Assembly: GCA_016873655.1 (NCBI GenBank)
Contig: VGWI01000004.1
Span: 160 to 64,159, forward strand
Direction: 5' to 3'
Length of the DNA stretch: 64,000 nucleotides
DNA from: Lentisphaerota bacterium
GTDB lineage: Bacteria; Verrucomicrobiota; Kiritimatiellia; UBA8416; VGWI01
Shown: one piece after another, positions 20,083-29,776 of the stretch
How the letters are laid out: each line of letters opens with the position of its first letter
How positions within the stretch are numbered: position 1 is the stretch's first letter
The notes under the pieces: generated by a model
Seen by the model: the letters and a program-made list of their open reading frames with translations, nothing else
Told to the model about the DNA's origin: nothing
Databases searched by the model: none
Position numbers and translations under genes: made by a program

Positions 20083-21297
20083 ATGCCGCACTACAGATAC
20101 ACAGCCAAGGATGGTCCGGACCGGATTGTTTCAGGATCCGTCAGGGCTGAATCCAGACAGGACGCCGTAGCGAAGGTTGACGCCATGGGGTACAGTCCCG
20201 TATCCGTCGCCGAGGCGGCGGAGGATGGCGGGCCGGCCCGGGACACGGCGGCGGCCGGGCGCCGGCCTTCGCGGAGCAGCGTTACTCTCTTCACCCGGCA
20301 GCTTGCGAGCCTTCTGCGGTCAGGTGTTCCGATTCTCAGGGCGCTGCGCACCATATCGGAACAGAGCGAGGATGCCCGGATGAAGGCTGTAGTCCTGGCG
20401 CTGGAGTCCAGTGTCCGCGACGGCAGAAGCATTTCGGATGCGATGTCGGAGCATGGCAGATCGTTCTCCGACTTCTACGTCAACATGGTCAGGACAGGTG
20501 AAGGCGGCGGCGTGCTGGATGTCGTGCTCTCGCGCCTGGCCGACGCCAGGGAGGCCGAGGATGACCTTCGAAGGCATGTTCAGTCGGCGTTGGCGTATCC
20601 TCTCCTTGTTGCCGCAGCCGGCTGTGTCACTGTGTTTGTTCTTCTGGCATTCTTCCTGCCGAGAATGGCCGAACTGTTCAGCAGCTATCGCCAGCTTCCC
20701 TTTGCCACGCGCGCGTTGATAGCCGTGAGCGGCGCGGTTTCCCGATGGTGGCCGGTGGTCTTGCTGCTGGCCGTCTTCGTGTTCGCCGTGCTCAAGAGGC
20801 TTGCATCGGTTGACAGGGGGCGGATGGTGATGGACAGGTTGAAGCTGAGGGTGCCCTTCTTCGGTCACGTGATCAGGGACTCCGACGTGGCCAGGTTCGC
20901 CCGCACTCTGGCGCTGTTGCTTGACAGCGGGGTAAAGGTGGACAAGGCGATGGACCTGTGCGCGGGCACCGTGCGCAACGCTGTTCTTGAGGCCGGGGTT
21001 CGCGGCGCGCGTGACGCGACCGTCAGAAGGGGGCTTCCTTTCTCAGACGGCATTCGCGGAGCCGAAGGCTTTCCTCTTTTTGTCGCCAACATGGCTGCCG
21101 TTGGCGAGGAGGGCGGACGGCTCGACGAAGCACTCCTGGAGGTGGCAAGTTACTACGAGAAAAGGGTCGCTCAGCAGACCCGTATCGCCGCAAGTCTCAT
21201 CGAGCCGGCAATGATACTTGCAGTCGGAGCCGTTGTGGGTTTCATAGTGGCCGCGATGTTGCTGCCGGTGTTCGAGATAGGAACGACGCTGAAATAG
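20083..21297 (+). CDS. gspF: Type II secretion system inner-membrane platform protein F (GspF/PilC family)
   Basis: FTRQLASLLRSGVPILRAL, GEGGG.LD.VL.RLA, ALAYP, GEEGGRLDE.L, LIEP...LLPVF; three TM segments. Confidence 0.95.
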   Translation: MPHYRYTAKDGPDRIVSGSVRAESRQDAVAKVDAMGYSPVSVAEAAEDGGPARDTAAAGRRPSRSSVTLFTRQLASLLRSGVPILRALRTISEQSEDARMKAVVLALESSVRDGRSISDAMSEHGRSFSDFYVNMVRTGEGGGVLDVVLSRLADAREAEDDLRRHVQSALAYPLLVAAAGCVTVFVLLAFFLPRMAELFSSYRQLPFATRALIAVSGAVSRWWPVVLLLAVFVFAVLKRLASVDRGRMVMDRLKLRVPFFGHVIRDSDVARFARTLALLLDSGVKVDKAMDLCAGTVRNAVLEAGVRGARDATVRRGLPFSDGIRGAEGFPLFVANMAAVGEEGGRLDEALLEVASYYEKRVAQQTRIAASLIEPAMILAVGAVVGFIVAAMLLPVFEIGTTLK

Positions 21298-21383
21298 GCG
21301 TTCAACAGGCTTTGGGGTTTACTTGGCGTGCACAGCCGCGTAGATTCAGGCAGGGGCAGGCGCGTAGATGCGGGGAGGCAGCG

Positions 21384-21797
21384 ATGACTCAGTCGAGGCC
21401 GGATTCAGGTTTCACACTGATCGAAATACTCGTGGTGGTCATCATTCTCGCTGCTCTGGCTGGTATGGTGCTCCCGCGGGTGATCCCGAGGGCAGACGAG
21501 GCCAGGCGCGACATCGCGCGCGGGGAGATAGCCGGGATATCGACTGCCCTGAACTTCTTCCGGCTGGACGTGGGGCGGTATCCAAGCACGGAGGAGGGTC
21601 TCGCGGCCCTTATGGCGTCCCCGTCAGGCAGCAGCCGGTGGAAGGGCCCGTACCTGGAGAAGCGGCCTGACGATCCTTGGAGCAAGCCCTACGCGTACAG
21701 GTATCCGGGGTCCCATAACCCTTCGGGTTTCGATGTGTGGTCTCTCGGACCGGACGGGCAGGAAGCCACTCAGGACGATGTCGGCAACTGGGAGTGA
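21384..21797 (+). CDS. gspG: Major pseudopilin GspG
   Basis: G|FTLIE prepilin motif, F.LDVGRYPSTEEGL.AL, WKGPYL, DPW..PY.Y..PG, SLGPDG...DD.GNW; GGAGG RBS. Confidence 0.93.
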   Translation: MTQSRPDSGFTLIEILVVVIILAALAGMVLPRVIPRADEARRDIARGEIAGISTALNFFRLDVGRYPSTEEGLAALMASPSGSSRWKGPYLEKRPDDPWSKPYAYRYPGSHNPSGFDVWSLGPDGQEATQDDVGNWE

Positions 21798-22285
21798 CCG
21801 GCGCAACAGTGACCGTGACACTGACTTCGGGACGGGCGAGTATCCTCTCATTTCATGCCTTTCGCGGGGCCGTGAGCCCTGCGTTCAGGGCGTCGGCCGG
21901 GCGAAATGGCTCCGGTTTCACGCTTGTGGAAGTTCTTGTTGCCGTGGCGGTTGTTTCGGTGGGGCTTGTTCTGGTTCTTCGCGCCATGAACGCTTCCCTT
22001 GCGGCGATGGAAGCCGTAAGGAGTTCCTCAATCGCCGGACATCTGACCGTCGAACGTGCTGGAGCTCTGCGAATTGCGGCATCGAGCGGCACAAGCATTT
22101 CCCTGATGTCCGGATCTGAAGACATCGAATCCACTCTCGACGGTCTGAAGTGGCGGCGCCAGACGGATCTGGAGACCGAGATAAACGGCGGGTCCAACGC
22201 GCTGTTTGTGGTCAGAGTAAGGCTGGGACGTGCGGACTCGGACAGGGAATACGAGAGGCGCTTCTATGTCGGCGGAGCGAAATAG
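21794..22285 (+). CDS. Minor pseudopilin (GspI-like), start uncertain
   Basis: G|FTLVEVLVAVAVV N-methylation motif; GTGA overlap with the gspG stop (alternative GTG at 21872). Confidence 0.75.
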   Translation: MTGATVTVTLTSGRASILSFHAFRGAVSPAFRASAGRNGSGFTLVEVLVAVAVVSVGLVLVLRAMNASLAAMEAVRSSSIAGHLTVERAGALRIAASSGTSISLMSGSEDIESTLDGLKWRRQTDLETEINGGSNALFVVRVRLGRADSDREYERRFYVGGAK

Positions 22286-22853
22286 CACGTTCCTGAGTCA
22301 ATCGCAGGGCTTCACTCTTGTAGAAGTTCTTGTGGCGGTTTGCATAGTCGGAGTTCTCGGCGGGGCGATTGGCGCGGGGATCGTGGCGGGTGTGAACGTG
22401 TGGGACAGAGCCAGAACTGAAACTCTGCTTGCCACCGATGTGTTTCCTCGACTCGCCGTCGTGGAGAATGACGTGGCCAACATGGTGCAATTCTCGGAAC
22501 TTCCGTTCGCAGGGGCGCCTGACAGCATAGTTTTCCCTCTTCTGGTCTCGACGGGAGAAGGTTTGGACGGTCCATCCCTTGGCGGGGTCAGCTACAGGTA
22601 CGACCGGGTCAGGGGGATTCTCCGGCGGAGAATCTGGAGTATGCCTGGGCAGGAACCCGAAGAAGGCGCAACCGAGGCCGTATTCACCGGGATCGACTCC
22701 TGCACTTTCGAGTACTACGCCCTTTCAGGTGCGGAATACATGTGGAAACAGGCCACCACCAACACGCCGCTTGCGGTCAGGTTAACGATCTTCCCGGCGG
22801 CGCTCGGGACGAGTCTGGAGAAGGTGATGCCCGTGCCGGCAGCCAGGCGCTGA
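22266..22853 (+). CDS. Minor pseudopilin (GspJ-like)
   Basis: G|FTLVEVLVAVCIV motif; C-terminal P.AVRLTI pattern typical of GspJ. Confidence 0.8.
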   Translation: MSAERNSTFLSQSQGFTLVEVLVAVCIVGVLGGAIGAGIVAGVNVWDRARTETLLATDVFPRLAVVENDVANMVQFSELPFAGAPDSIVFPLLVSTGEGLDGPSLGGVSYRYDRVRGILRRRIWSMPGQEPEEGATEAVFTGIDSCTFEYYALSGAEYMWKQATTNTPLAVRLTIFPAALGTSLEKVMPVPAARR

Positions 22854-22870
22854 TGGGCGGGGGTGGACAC

Positions 22871-23614
22871 ATGAGCGAATGTGCAAATAGGGGCGGCAGC
22901 GTGCTTGTCTTGGCGCTGTGGGCGGTCTTCCTGATCGTCTCGCTGGCCATTGCGGCAGGGAATGTGGTCTCGTCCGCGCTGGGCGCCGCCGGCAGGCTGC
23001 GCAGCAGGCAGGTTTCCCGCGAGCTTGCGGAGTCGGCCGTGGAGCGGGCATGGGGCGCGATCGCGGTTTCCACGAATGACGCGACGCTGCAGGATATGCC
23101 CGGTCTGTTCATGGACAACGGAGAGTTGGGCGGAGGGAAGTTCTCCGTGCAGCATCTTGCGGTCGATCCCACGGGTGCGGTGGTTACCAACCACGGAGTC
23201 GCGGCGATGTCTCAGAGATTGAACCTGAACAGGGCAGGCAAGGGCGAACTTGCCGCTTTGCTGCGGGAGAAAGGTGAGTTGACGGAAGTGGAGGCGTCGT
23301 CACTGGCTGACGTGATTATCGAGTGCAGGTCAGGGAGGAATGGCAGGTTGACAGTTTTGCATGGAACTGGGTACGCTCCCAACAACAGATACTGCTGCCG
23401 CACAAAGCGTTTTCAGTTCGTGGAAGAGTTGCTGCTGCTTGATGAGGTGGCATCAAGGCCAGGCCTCTATTCGGTTATCGCGCCGTTTCTGACAGTGTTC
23501 GGCAAGGGATGCTACGGGGGAACGGCCGTAGGGGTGTCCGAAGACGGCGACGTGACTCGTATTTCGTTTGTCGTGGATCGCGCCGGCAGAAGGCTCTATT
23601 GGCATGAATACTGA
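22871..23614 (+). CDS. Minor pseudopilin (GspK-like)
   Basis: RGG|SVLVLALW (no Glu5, as in GspK/PilX), LAESAVE.A, RLNLN.A, F..VEELLL, PFLTVFG. Confidence 0.8.
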   Translation: MSECANRGGSVLVLALWAVFLIVSLAIAAGNVVSSALGAAGRLRSRQVSRELAESAVERAWGAIAVSTNDATLQDMPGLFMDNGELGGGKFSVQHLAVDPTGAVVTNHGVAAMSQRLNLNRAGKGELAALLREKGELTEVEASSLADVIIECRSGRNGRLTVLHGTGYAPNNRYCCRTKRFQFVEELLLLDEVASRPGLYSVIAPFLTVFGKGCYGGTAVGVSEDGDVTRISFVVDRAGRRLYWHEY

Positions 23615-23689
23615 TTCTGGCTCGTCGGCAAGCCGGCTTGCATGGCATTGCTGAGAGTTGGGTCGGTGTGGGGAATTGGCCGAAGACAG

Positions 23690-25099
23690 ATGAAGAAGAC
23701 CGTCACCGGGGTCCTTGAAATAGGGCCCGACACACTGAAGCTCGCCAGGGTTGAGAAGGGCAGGGCGGGGCAAGAAATCCGCGCCGCCCGTGTTGTGCCG
23801 CTTGCCGGGGCTGATGACGCAGCGGGGCGGGCCAGGAGTGCTTTCAGGGATCTCCGGCTCAGCGGACACAGGCTCATGGGCGCTGTCTCTCGACAGATAG
23901 TCAACGTGAGACTCCTCGAACTGCCGTCCACCGACCGAAGCGAAATATCCGACATGGTGGATCTGCAGATAGGGAAGCACACCCCGTATTCAAAGGATGA
24001 GATAGTCTCCGGATACAAAGTCATATGCGGCTCACGGGAGGGGTACAGCCGCGTCATGGTTGCGATAGTCCAGTTGCCGATTCTGAGGCAGCGATACCAC
24101 TTTCTGGACGAGGCCGGCATAGACCCGGACTCGATGACAGTCAGTACCGAGGGGCTCCTCGCCCTTTGCGCGCGGGCGGTCAAGGCTGGCGAGCCGGGGA
24201 CGCTTACGGCGGTTCTGGATGTTGACACGGTTCACTCAGAGCTGCTGGTGCTTTCAGGTTCTGACCCTGTTTTCAACCGGGTTATCATGGCGGGGGCGGG
24301 GGCGCCGGGCGCGGAGGACTTTCGTGCGCGTGTCGCGCTTGAGATGCAGCGTTCCATAGAGGCAAGCCAGGGCGAAGTGCCCGGACGGGCATTGTCGCGT
24401 GTGCTGCTGACGGGCGCGGGCGCCCATGATAAGGAACTGGCTAAAGTGATCGGCGAGCGGCTCGGAGTGAGGTGTGAGGGTTTGGACCTGCTTGACGGGC
24501 GCGGAGGTCCGGCCGTAAAGGACGCTGCTTCGAATGCATCCTTCAGCGCTGTCGCAGGTTTGGCCGAGATTGAAGGCGGGCCGGCATTCGAGCTTGCCCC
24601 GGACACTGTGAGGGCGAAGCGATCTCTGGCCGCAAAGGCCCGAGCTCTTGCCGCGATGGCCGTCCTTGCGGCCTGGGCACTGGCTTCGTTTTCGGTCTAC
24701 TGTGTTGTCAGTTGGATGCTGGCCGGATCCCGTGCTGCAGCGGTTTCGGAGGAGATGGCTGCGTTGGAGCCCGACGTGCGCAGGTTGGAGCGTATGAGGG
24801 AGATTGTTTCTCTTGTCATGGCGAGGCAGGGCGATGCCGGCATGCCTGTAGCTCTTCTTGCCGTGATACAGGGAGCGATTCCGGACGAGGTCCGTGTATC
24901 GTCCCTGGATATGAATCTTCCCGGGGAAAGCGTTCAGATACAGGCCAATGCGGCAAACACCAGACAGATAAGGGAGTTTGAAGAAGCCCTGCGGGCCTCC
25001 AATCTCTTTTCGGCGGTCAGGGAGAACAGGACGTCGATGGACCAGGGATCCCGGCGATGGGTGTTCGATCTGTCGTGCGATCTGGAGGTGCCTCGGTGA
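23690..25099 (+). CDS. PilM-like actin-fold domain fused to a PilN/GspL-like periplasmic domain
   Basis: N-terminal GVLEIG...KLA, LELPS.D..EI..MV.LQ....PY, VLLTGAGA; one TM helix followed by I...IPDEV.V..L domain. Confidence 0.78.
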   Translation: MKKTVTGVLEIGPDTLKLARVEKGRAGQEIRAARVVPLAGADDAAGRARSAFRDLRLSGHRLMGAVSRQIVNVRLLELPSTDRSEISDMVDLQIGKHTPYSKDEIVSGYKVICGSREGYSRVMVAIVQLPILRQRYHFLDEAGIDPDSMTVSTEGLLALCARAVKAGEPGTLTAVLDVDTVHSELLVLSGSDPVFNRVIMAGAGAPGAEDFRARVALEMQRSIEASQGEVPGRALSRVLLTGAGAHDKELAKVIGERLGVRCEGLDLLDGRGGPAVKDAASNASFSAVAGLAEIEGGPAFELAPDTVRAKRSLAAKARALAAMAVLAAWALASFSVYCVVSWMLAGSRAAAVSEEMAALEPDVRRLERMREIVSLVMARQGDAGMPVALLAVIQGAIPDEVRVSSLDMNLPGESVQIQANAANTRQIREFEEALRASNLFSAVRENRTSMDQGSRRWVFDLSCDLEVPR

Positions 25100-25656
25100 T
25101 TCTCGATCGTTTCAGGCAGCTTGGCGGGCGTGAGCAGGTGGCGATAGCCGCGGCGTGTCTCGCGGCCCTGTTCTGGATGGCAGACGTTCTGGTCTTCGGA
25201 CCTTTGTGGAAGCGCACATCCGATCTGAAGGCGCTCGCAGAAGTGGAGCGGGGGAAACTTGAGTACGCCAGGACAGTGCTGGCTGGCGCGGAAGGCACCG
25301 CCGAAGCGTATGACGAGGTCCGGGAGATGGTGGGGAGAGCCCTGTCGCCTGACGAGGCTACTGCACAGATGGTCGGCGAGATTGATGAAATCGCCGCTTC
25401 CACAGGCGTAGCGATTTCCCGCAGGCAGCCACGATCGCCCCGCAAGTTTTCGTACTGCGAGGAGCATGCGTTGGATGTTGCTGATTTTACGGCAACGGGC
25501 GGACAGTTGGCCGCTTTTCTCCACGGCATTCAGCAGTCGCGTGGTCTGCTGCGCGTTGCCCACATGAAAGTGTCCGTCGAAAAGGGAGAGAGCGGCCGTC
25601 TGAAGGGTGCCATGGTGATCACCAAGCTGGTTGCACCCGAAAATCCAGGCGGATGA
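25096..25656 (+). CDS. PilO/GspM-like assembly platform protein
   Basis: L..REQ + TM helix, coiled coil, L..FL..I...GLLRV..M.V; GTGA overlap with upstream stop and GGAGG RBS. Confidence 0.7.
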   Translation: MILDRFRQLGGREQVAIAAACLAALFWMADVLVFGPLWKRTSDLKALAEVERGKLEYARTVLAGAEGTAEAYDEVREMVGRALSPDEATAQMVGEIDEIAASTGVAISRRQPRSPRKFSYCEEHALDVADFTATGGQLAAFLHGIQQSRGLLRVAHMKVSVEKGESGRLKGAMVITKLVAPENPGG

Positions 25657-25714
25657 CCATCGGGGAACGCGTGGCAGTCGCGCCGTACTGTCCGCATGCG
25701 GGGTCAGGATCGAA

Positions 25715-27142
25715 ATGGACGACAGAAAGCCCCTTGACGCCGAGTTCATCAAGGACCCGGGAAGAAGCGCTGAGCCGTCTGCCGCCGGTTCCGGGTCGCT
25801 TCCCAGGCTCATGGATCCGGTCATCACCATGGGCGCCGTGCAGCGTTATGTCGAACAGGAGCGCATGCGGAGCCGGCGACTGTTCGTTTGGACTGGGACC
25901 GTATTCCTGTTCATACTGCTGTTCGTTCTCACAACTTTCATAGCGATCGGCCTGTTCGTTGTCAGGCATACGAAGCGAAGCCGCGAGGAGATAGATGAGG
26001 TGCGGTTACAGACGGCGGTTTACTCCGCCGAGGTCCTGTCGCTCTCGAACGTCGTGGTTCAGGCTGACGGCAGATCTCAGCAACTGGGCAGCGAGTTGCG
26101 GGAGAGGGAAGCCTCGAGGCATCGCGACAGGGGACTTCTGCAGTCGGACCTGAGGCGCTTCAGCGCGTGGGTCAATGAGAGGGATGCCGCCGGATCGGCT
26201 GTGCTGCAGTCAGTTATCGGCAGAATGGAGAGGCTCGATGCCGAGGCAGTAGCGCGGCAGGAAGAGGTGGCATCCCTGAGGGAGCAGAATGCAGCGTTGC
26301 TTCTTGCTGTTGCCCAAGGAGGGGGGAGCGCCGTCTCTGTCGCGAACGCTCCGACAGGCGATCGTGCCGATCTGGCTGCCGGTCCCGTAACGGATGTCTC
26401 GGCGTCCGCAGTCAATATGGACGGAACTCTGCAGGAAACGGCGCGGACGCATGACGGTGCTGCCTCTGCCCTGCGGTCACCATCCTACTCCACGGCAAAA
26501 GGCACTGTTTCGGTGGTCACCTTCCCCAACGGAGACAGGTACGAAGGCGGGTTGAAGGGCGGACTGTTTGAGGGTTGGGGGGTTTACTACCGCGCGAACG
26601 GCGATCGTTACGAGGGCGAATTCCGGGGCGACATGAAGAACGGCAACGGTACCATCCACTATGCGAACGGCGACATCTACACAGGCCAGTTCGAGGACGA
26701 CCGTAAACAGGGGCGGGGGAGCTACACTTACAGGGACGGCAACAGGTATGTCGGTGATTTCTTTGGAGATGCTCTCCACGGGAGCGGGATCATGGTGCAC
26801 GCGAATGGAAACCAGTACACCGGTGAGTTCAAGAACGGCGCGAAGCACGGCAGGGGTACGTTTACCTACGGGAACGGAGATTCTTACACAGGACAGTTTG
26901 CAGAAGATGCAAGAAACGGCAGCGGAACGTACGTATTTGCGAACGGAGACAAGTACGTCGGCGAGTTCAAGTCAGACCGCAGGGAGGGCCTTGGCCGGTA
27001 CATCTATGCCAACGGGGAAGAGTACGAGGGTGAGTTCTTGAACGGCATGAAGCACGGTCAAGGCGTATGTCGGTACCCTAACGGTCAGGAAATCAAGGTG
27101 TTGTGGAAGAACGACCGCTTCGTCGGCGTTGTCGAGAACTGA
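25715..27142 (+). CDS. Single-TM coiled-coil protein with C-terminal MORN repeats
   Basis: TM LFVWTGTVFLFILLFVLTTFIAIGLFVV; about 8 copies of the 23-aa YxGxFxxxxxxGxGxxxxxNG repeat. Confidence 0.88.
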   Translation: MDDRKPLDAEFIKDPGRSAEPSAAGSGSLPRLMDPVITMGAVQRYVEQERMRSRRLFVWTGTVFLFILLFVLTTFIAIGLFVVRHTKRSREEIDEVRLQTAVYSAEVLSLSNVVVQADGRSQQLGSELREREASRHRDRGLLQSDLRRFSAWVNERDAAGSAVLQSVIGRMERLDAEAVARQEEVASLREQNAALLLAVAQGGGSAVSVANAPTGDRADLAAGPVTDVSASAVNMDGTLQETARTHDGAASALRSPSYSTAKGTVSVVTFPNGDRYEGGLKGGLFEGWGVYYRANGDRYEGEFRGDMKNGNGTIHYANGDIYTGQFEDDRKQGRGSYTYRDGNRYVGDFFGDALHGSGIMVHANGNQYTGEFKNGAKHGRGTFTYGNGDSYTGQFAEDARNGSGTYVFANGDKYVGEFKSDRREGLGRYIYANGEEYEGEFLNGMKHGQGVCRYPNGQEIKVLWKNDRFVGVVEN

Positions 27143-27378
27143 TGACGCGGCATGCTGCCGATCGGAGTGCAAAGTGGTGAAATGCAGCCGATTAGCCGCT
27201 GGATTCCTGTGTGGGCCAGCTGTGGTGTCAGGATGTCGCGAATGCCTCGGAATCGATTCGGGATCCGTTTTGGGTTGACTTGCGGCGTAGCTACGTGCGA
27301 CACTAGTGCCGTGATGAGGGATGGAAAGAGGCATTGAGACGATCAAGAAAACAGCGTGTTCGGGATGCAGGTGAGACC

Positions 27379-28698
27379 ATGAAGCACACAAGTATCGCAT
27401 TTCTGGTGTCGCTGGTGGCGCTTCTTCCGGCCGTTTCGGCCTTGGCGGTAACTGCGCTGCCATTTTCTGATGAATTCGAAACGCACCCCTCCGGTGCATT
27501 TGCCGGTAACGCTGCGTGGACTGCGGCAGGTGTCGAGATCGTGGCTCCGGCGCTGCAGAAGACGAAATCTGCAAAGATAACGGATGGTTCCCTTACGTTC
27601 AACGCGGACACGTCAGGGGACTACACGAACGTGTGGATGCACTTCTACTGCAAGGCGGCCTTGTCGTCTGTTGAGCCGACTGTCACCGCCACGGGGAAGA
27701 CCGTTGCGTGTTCGTTCTACGTCAACAGCCAGAGTCGCCTCAGGGCGTTCTCTTCCAACTCGTGGCAGACAGTGGTGGCCTCGGGATTCCCGACAAGTCG
27801 CGTGGGCATGGCGATACACGCTGATTTCAAGAACAAGACGTGGGACATCTACTGCACTTACGGCTCAGTGGATTCGAAACTGACTAAACTCAACGTGACT
27901 CCGCTTCGTTTCAACTGGAATTACACCGGCAACGAATTCAGCAACATGACGGTGCAATCGGAGTCCCCCTCGTATCTCGACTATGTCGTTGCACGTTCCG
28001 GGGTCAGGGCGGTAACGCCGGGCTCCTCGGCTTCTCCCACGAATATGCTCATGCAGATTGTAACAATGACCGCCGACACGCCCATGATACTGGGGTTGAT
28101 CGGGAACGACTTTCCCGACGGGGATAACACACTCGAAGGAAGCACCTTTGCCAATTTCCTGAAGTCGATCCTGATAACCGACGACGTGATCAAGGTCTGG
28201 ACGACAGATGCGACGTACGACGTGTTCACGCTCAAATCGGACGGGACATGGAATTCGAACGGAGCAAACCCGGCGGACGTGAAGATTACCCCGGGAATGG
28301 CCGTGTGGATAGTTCCGAAGACTTCGCGCACGGCTTTCAACCTGGGTGCCTACAGTCCGGACAAGGCAGTTCCTTCGACGACGATCCGCGGCACTAACTA
28401 CAACAACAAGGGGTGGAACCAACTCGCGTGGACGCGGCCATTCGCTTCAAGGGCGGACCAGAGCGCTGATGCGTGGGGATTCAATACAATAGCCCAGGCA
28501 GGTGACAGGCTGTATTTGGAGGACCAGGCGAGTCCCGGCAGTTGGTACTACCTGACGTGGAACGCGAGCCAGCAGAAGTGGATTGACAACAGGACCGGTG
28601 CCCCGGCTACGGTAACCATGACGCCGAGTCAGGCGTTCTGGGTTCGTCGCTGGAACAGTACGGCGGAAAACAGTTGGGTTTCCAACCAGGCCGAATGA
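27379..28698 (+). CDS. Secreted hypothetical protein (module gene A, copy 1)
   Basis: Signal peptide MKHTSIAFLVSLVALLPAVSALA; paralogous to 38741-40042. Confidence 0.8.
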   Translation: MKHTSIAFLVSLVALLPAVSALAVTALPFSDEFETHPSGAFAGNAAWTAAGVEIVAPALQKTKSAKITDGSLTFNADTSGDYTNVWMHFYCKAALSSVEPTVTATGKTVACSFYVNSQSRLRAFSSNSWQTVVASGFPTSRVGMAIHADFKNKTWDIYCTYGSVDSKLTKLNVTPLRFNWNYTGNEFSNMTVQSESPSYLDYVVARSGVRAVTPGSSASPTNMLMQIVTMTADTPMILGLIGNDFPDGDNTLEGSTFANFLKSILITDDVIKVWTTDATYDVFTLKSDGTWNSNGANPADVKITPGMAVWIVPKTSRTAFNLGAYSPDKAVPSTTIRGTNYNNKGWNQLAWTRPFASRADQSADAWGFNTIAQAGDRLYLEDQASPGSWYYLTWNASQQKWIDNRTGAPATVTMTPSQAFWVRRWNSTAENSWVSNQAE

Positions 28699-29750
28699 AG
28701 AGGGATACTGAAATGGAAACAACCGGCTCAAATCTGGACGCAACGAAATCTGGTGTTGTTCTTTTGCTCGCCATGGGCCTCCTTCTGGCTGCCGAAGGCG
28801 TGGCGGGGGCTTCCGTTGACGTTGAGGCGTCAGAGTGGGACGAGATCCCTGACTACAGCGGCTCCTCGACCTACGTCAATGGAGCGAGCGAACTCGTGGT
28901 TACGTTCAGCAGTTGGAACGGCGGTTCAGTGCCATTGGAGGACCGGGTGGCATCGGTCGCTGCGGATGAGTACGTTCCGAATAGCGCGTTTCACGGGGAC
29001 CTGCTGGCAGCCGAAGCGCGCGGGCTCAAGTTCAGGATAACAAGCGCTGGTGACGTGCTGAAGTACGCGCGCATTGTTCTGGTCGGTGCCACGAGTCAGA
29101 GATCGTGGCTGTACAACATTCAGGTTCCACCGGGTCAGACCGTGACGAACGTGATTCCTCTGGACTACGCTCTCTGGATATACAACAGCAGTACCAAGCC
29201 GGCCTATACGGCGTGGCTCCAGGACATTCATGACGTCTCAAGCATAAAAGTCTACCTGCAGCCGACGACGGCCGCCGCTCAGAGCTTCACAGTTGGGGAT
29301 TTCTACCTCTACGGCGACAATGGGGTTATCGGCGCTCCGGCGCAGTTGACGCCCGGCCAGCGCGGCGCGTTGCTGGAGCGGTATGGCGTACAGCAGTTTG
29401 AGAACGTGGTAGCGGATAAAGGTGTCGATACCGACTTGGATGGCATGAACGACTACCAGGAAATCATCGTCGGAACAGGATGGAAGGACGCGAACCAGAC
29501 ATTCGAGTCGGCCATTGATTCGTCCGGTGCGGGGTTGAGCATCACATGGCCATGCAACGGCGAGAGTGTCTACAACCTGAGCCGGGCAGAGGACATCAAG
29601 GGCACGTTCGTGAACGTACAGGTCGGGGGCCAGGTGGATCTTATACCGACCGATCAGGAGGTCGCTCAGGGGGCGATGACCCGCAGCGATCCGCTCGCGA
29701 CGGGACCGGGACCGTATTACTACAGGGTTGTCCGCAAGGGAAATCGCTAG
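28695..29750 (+). CDS. Secreted hypothetical protein with a DxDxDG Ca-binding loop (module gene B, copy 1)
   Basis: Signal peptide; DTDLDGMNDYQE; C-terminal ITWPC...YYYRVVRK; paralogous to 40051-41034. Confidence 0.78.
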   Translation: MKRDTEMETTGSNLDATKSGVVLLLAMGLLLAAEGVAGASVDVEASEWDEIPDYSGSSTYVNGASELVVTFSSWNGGSVPLEDRVASVAADEYVPNSAFHGDLLAAEARGLKFRITSAGDVLKYARIVLVGATSQRSWLYNIQVPPGQTVTNVIPLDYALWIYNSSTKPAYTAWLQDIHDVSSIKVYLQPTTAAAQSFTVGDFYLYGDNGVIGAPAQLTPGQRGALLERYGVQQFENVVADKGVDTDLDGMNDYQEIIVGTGWKDANQTFESAIDSSGAGLSITWPCNGESVYNLSRAEDIKGTFVNVQVGGQVDLIPTDQEVAQGAMTRSDPLATGPGPYYYRVVRKGNR

Positions 29751-29776
29751 GTTGGCAAGCCGTGTTTGCGGGAGAT

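Noticed and set aside
26520-27100. Periodic 69-bp DNA repeats
   Set aside because: Explained by MORN protein repeats.
29751-29770. Sigma-54 promoter before the PEP-CTERM gene (TGGCA...TTGC)
   Set aside because: The GG-to-GC spacing is 12 nt rather than the required 10, and the site is too close to the RBS.
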